This document shows, one piece after another, positions 18,520 through 20,000 of a stretch of DNA of 20,000 nt. Source of the stretch: an uncultured virus (IMG/VR IMGVR_UViG_3300046007_013272) (Duplodnaviria > Heunggongvirae > Uroviricota > Caudoviricetes); the IMG/VR virus record IMGVR_UViG_3300046007_013272. One strand, 5' to 3'. Below the pieces are notes generated by a model, which had not been told where the DNA came from, ran no database searches, and saw only the letters and a program-made list of their open reading frames with translations. Both the position numbers and the translations under genes were made by a program. Positions within the stretch are counted from its first letter, which is position 1. The number at the start of each line of letters is the position of its first letter.

Positions 18520-18839
18520 TGGACGTTTTAAAAGGTAAAAATATGGTAGGTGGTTGGTTTGTAGGTGACTTCGAACCAACTGCTTATTCTACAAAAGAAT
18601 TTGAAGTTAGTTATAAGTTTCACCCAAAAGGAGAAATTTGGGATAACCACTACCACAAAGTAGCTACTGAAATAAATTATATTATTCGTGGGAAGATGAA
18701 GTTAAGCGGGACTTACTTAAAAAAGGGTGATATATTTATTCTACACCCGGGTGAAGTAGCAGTTCCTGAATTTTTAACTAATTGTGAACTAATAGTTGTA
18801 AAAACCCCTAGTGTAAAAGGAGATAAGTATATAGTATAA
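18519..18839 (+). CDS. cupin-domain protein
   Basis: HYHKVATEINYIIRGKM (HxHxxxxE) and KGDIFILHPGE. Confidence 0.82.
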   Translation: MDVLKGKNMVGGWFVGDFEPTAYSTKEFEVSYKFHPKGEIWDNHYHKVATEINYIIRGKMKLSGTYLKKGDIFILHPGEVAVPEFLTNCELIVVKTPSVKGDKYIV

Positions 18840-18842
18840 GTT

Positions 18843-20000
18843 ATGATTAAAATTTTTAGAACAGAAGAAGAAATAAATAAAGAAAAATACTTTATAGTTA
18901 CTTATTATTTAGAAGCAAAAACTTCACTTCGAGAAGCAGCTTGGAATTTAGCTATAGGTCAAAGTATAGGTAATCCTAATAATAGAAGTATATGGGAAAC
19001 AGAAGAAATGTTTGAAAACCATAGTTGTTTTATTTTAGCTAATCAAGAATATCTTAAATCTACTAAAGCAGGAAATGTAAAAATAGCATTTCCTTTAGCT
19101 AATATTAATCTTGAAGAAGATGGTATTTCTCAAATTTTATGCCATATAGCAGGTGGTCAAGTTGATATCTTAGAAATTCAAAAATGCCAAGTACTTGATA
19201 TCCAACTCCCAGAAAAAGTAGAGGAACAATTTGCTTTAAAACCTGCCTACGGAATTGATGGTTGGAGAAAATTTAATAAGGTTTATGACAAACCATTTTT
19301 AGGAGGTATTATTAAACCTAAAGTAGGGATGAGTCCTGAAGTACTACTAGAAGCAGTAAAAGAAATGGTTTATGGGGGAGTTAATTTTATTAAAGAAGAT
19401 GAATTATTAGCTAACCCAGAACATTGTCCTCTTGAAGTAAGAGTACCTTTGATTGTATCTTGGCTTAAAGAAAACGCTCCAGATGTTATTTATTGTTTTT
19501 GTATAAATGGAGATAGCCCATATGCTTTAGAAAGAGCTAAATTTGTAGCAGATAATGGTGGAAATGGTATTCACATTAATGTTTGGAGTGGATTAGGAAT
19601 ATACAGAGCAATTAGAAAACAAAATCCTAATTTATGGATTCACTTCCAAAAAAGCGGTGATAAATTCTTTACAGATAGAAGAGCCCCATTCCATATTTAC
19701 TGGCCTGTAATCTGTAAAATAGCAGGATGGTCAGGTGCTGATTCAATTCATGCTGGTATGATTGGTGGTTACATGAATCAAGATGAAGAAGAATTAAAAG
19801 ATGCTTTAAAAGTACTTTGGCATTACAATATTGTCCCTGCTTTAAGTTGCGGTATGCACCCAGGATTAGTTCAATTTATTAACCAGTCACTTCATAGTAA
19901 TGATTGGTTAGCTAATGTAGGAGGAGCATTACATGGTCATCCTATGGGAACTTTAGCAGGTGGTTTAGCTATGAAACAAGCAATTAATCACGAAACAGAT
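18843..20000 (+). CDS. RuBisCO-like protein (form IV-like), 3'-truncated by the window, absent from ORF track
   Basis: Hand translation of 386 stop-free codons: GGIIKPKVG, GGVNFIKEDE, GADSIHAG, PALSCGMHPG, NVGGALHGHP. Confidence 0.92.
   Translation, partial: MIKIFRTEEEINKEKYFIVTYYLEAKTSLREAAWNLAIGQSIGNPNNRSIWETEEMFENHSCFILANQEYLKSTKAGNVKIAFPLANINLEEDGISQILCHIAGGQVDILEIQKCQVLDIQLPEKVEEQFALKPAYGIDGWRKFNKVYDKPFLGGIIKPKVGMSPEVLLEAVKEMVYGGVNFIKEDELLANPEHCPLEVRVPLIVSWLKENAPDVIYCFCINGDSPYALERAKFVADNGGNGIHINVWSGLGIYRAIRKQNPNLWIHFQKSGDKFFTDRRAPFHIYWPVICKIAGWSGADSIHAGMIGGYMNQDEEELKDALKVLWHYNIVPALSCGMHPGLVQFINQSLHSNDWLANVGGALHGHPMGTLAGGLAMKQAINHETD

Noticed and set aside
18843..20000. True CO2-fixing RuBisCO as an auxiliary metabolic gene
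   Set aside because: Equivalents of E60, N123, H294 and K334 appear substituted, and no phosphoribulokinase, small subunit or AMP-pathway genes are in the window

Overview
AT-rich, gene-dense, all-plus-strand segment of a large T4-like or jumbo-type phage genome. The host is probably Bacteroidota, judged from TTG-N19/20-TAnnTTnn promoters, A-rich start regions without Shine-Dalgarno motifs, and Bacteroidota-style QueC/QueE. Four modules: (1) a 7-deazaguanine DNA-modification cluster (TGT-fold DpdA-like protein, QueC, QueD, QueE, FolE) mixed with thioredoxin, ThyA, a purine phosphoribosyltransferase and a MazG-like pyrophosphatase; (2) replication genes, including a family-B DNA polymerase split into two genes with two small ORFs (one Smr-like) between them, a sliding clamp and two clamp-loader subunits; (3) a GroES/GroEL pair; (4) FkbM methyltransferase, Nmad1/DUF1599-like protein, HAD-phosphatase/nucleotidyltransferase fusion, cupin, and a RuBisCO-like protein (form IV-like) that runs off the window end and is absent from the supplied ORF track. 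Best leads: the RuBisCO-like/HAD-NTase/cupin module, a preQ1-I-like pseudoknot just upstream of queC, a possible nucleotide-level deazaguanine pathway, and the split polymerase. All family calls come from motifs recognised by eye; no searches were run.
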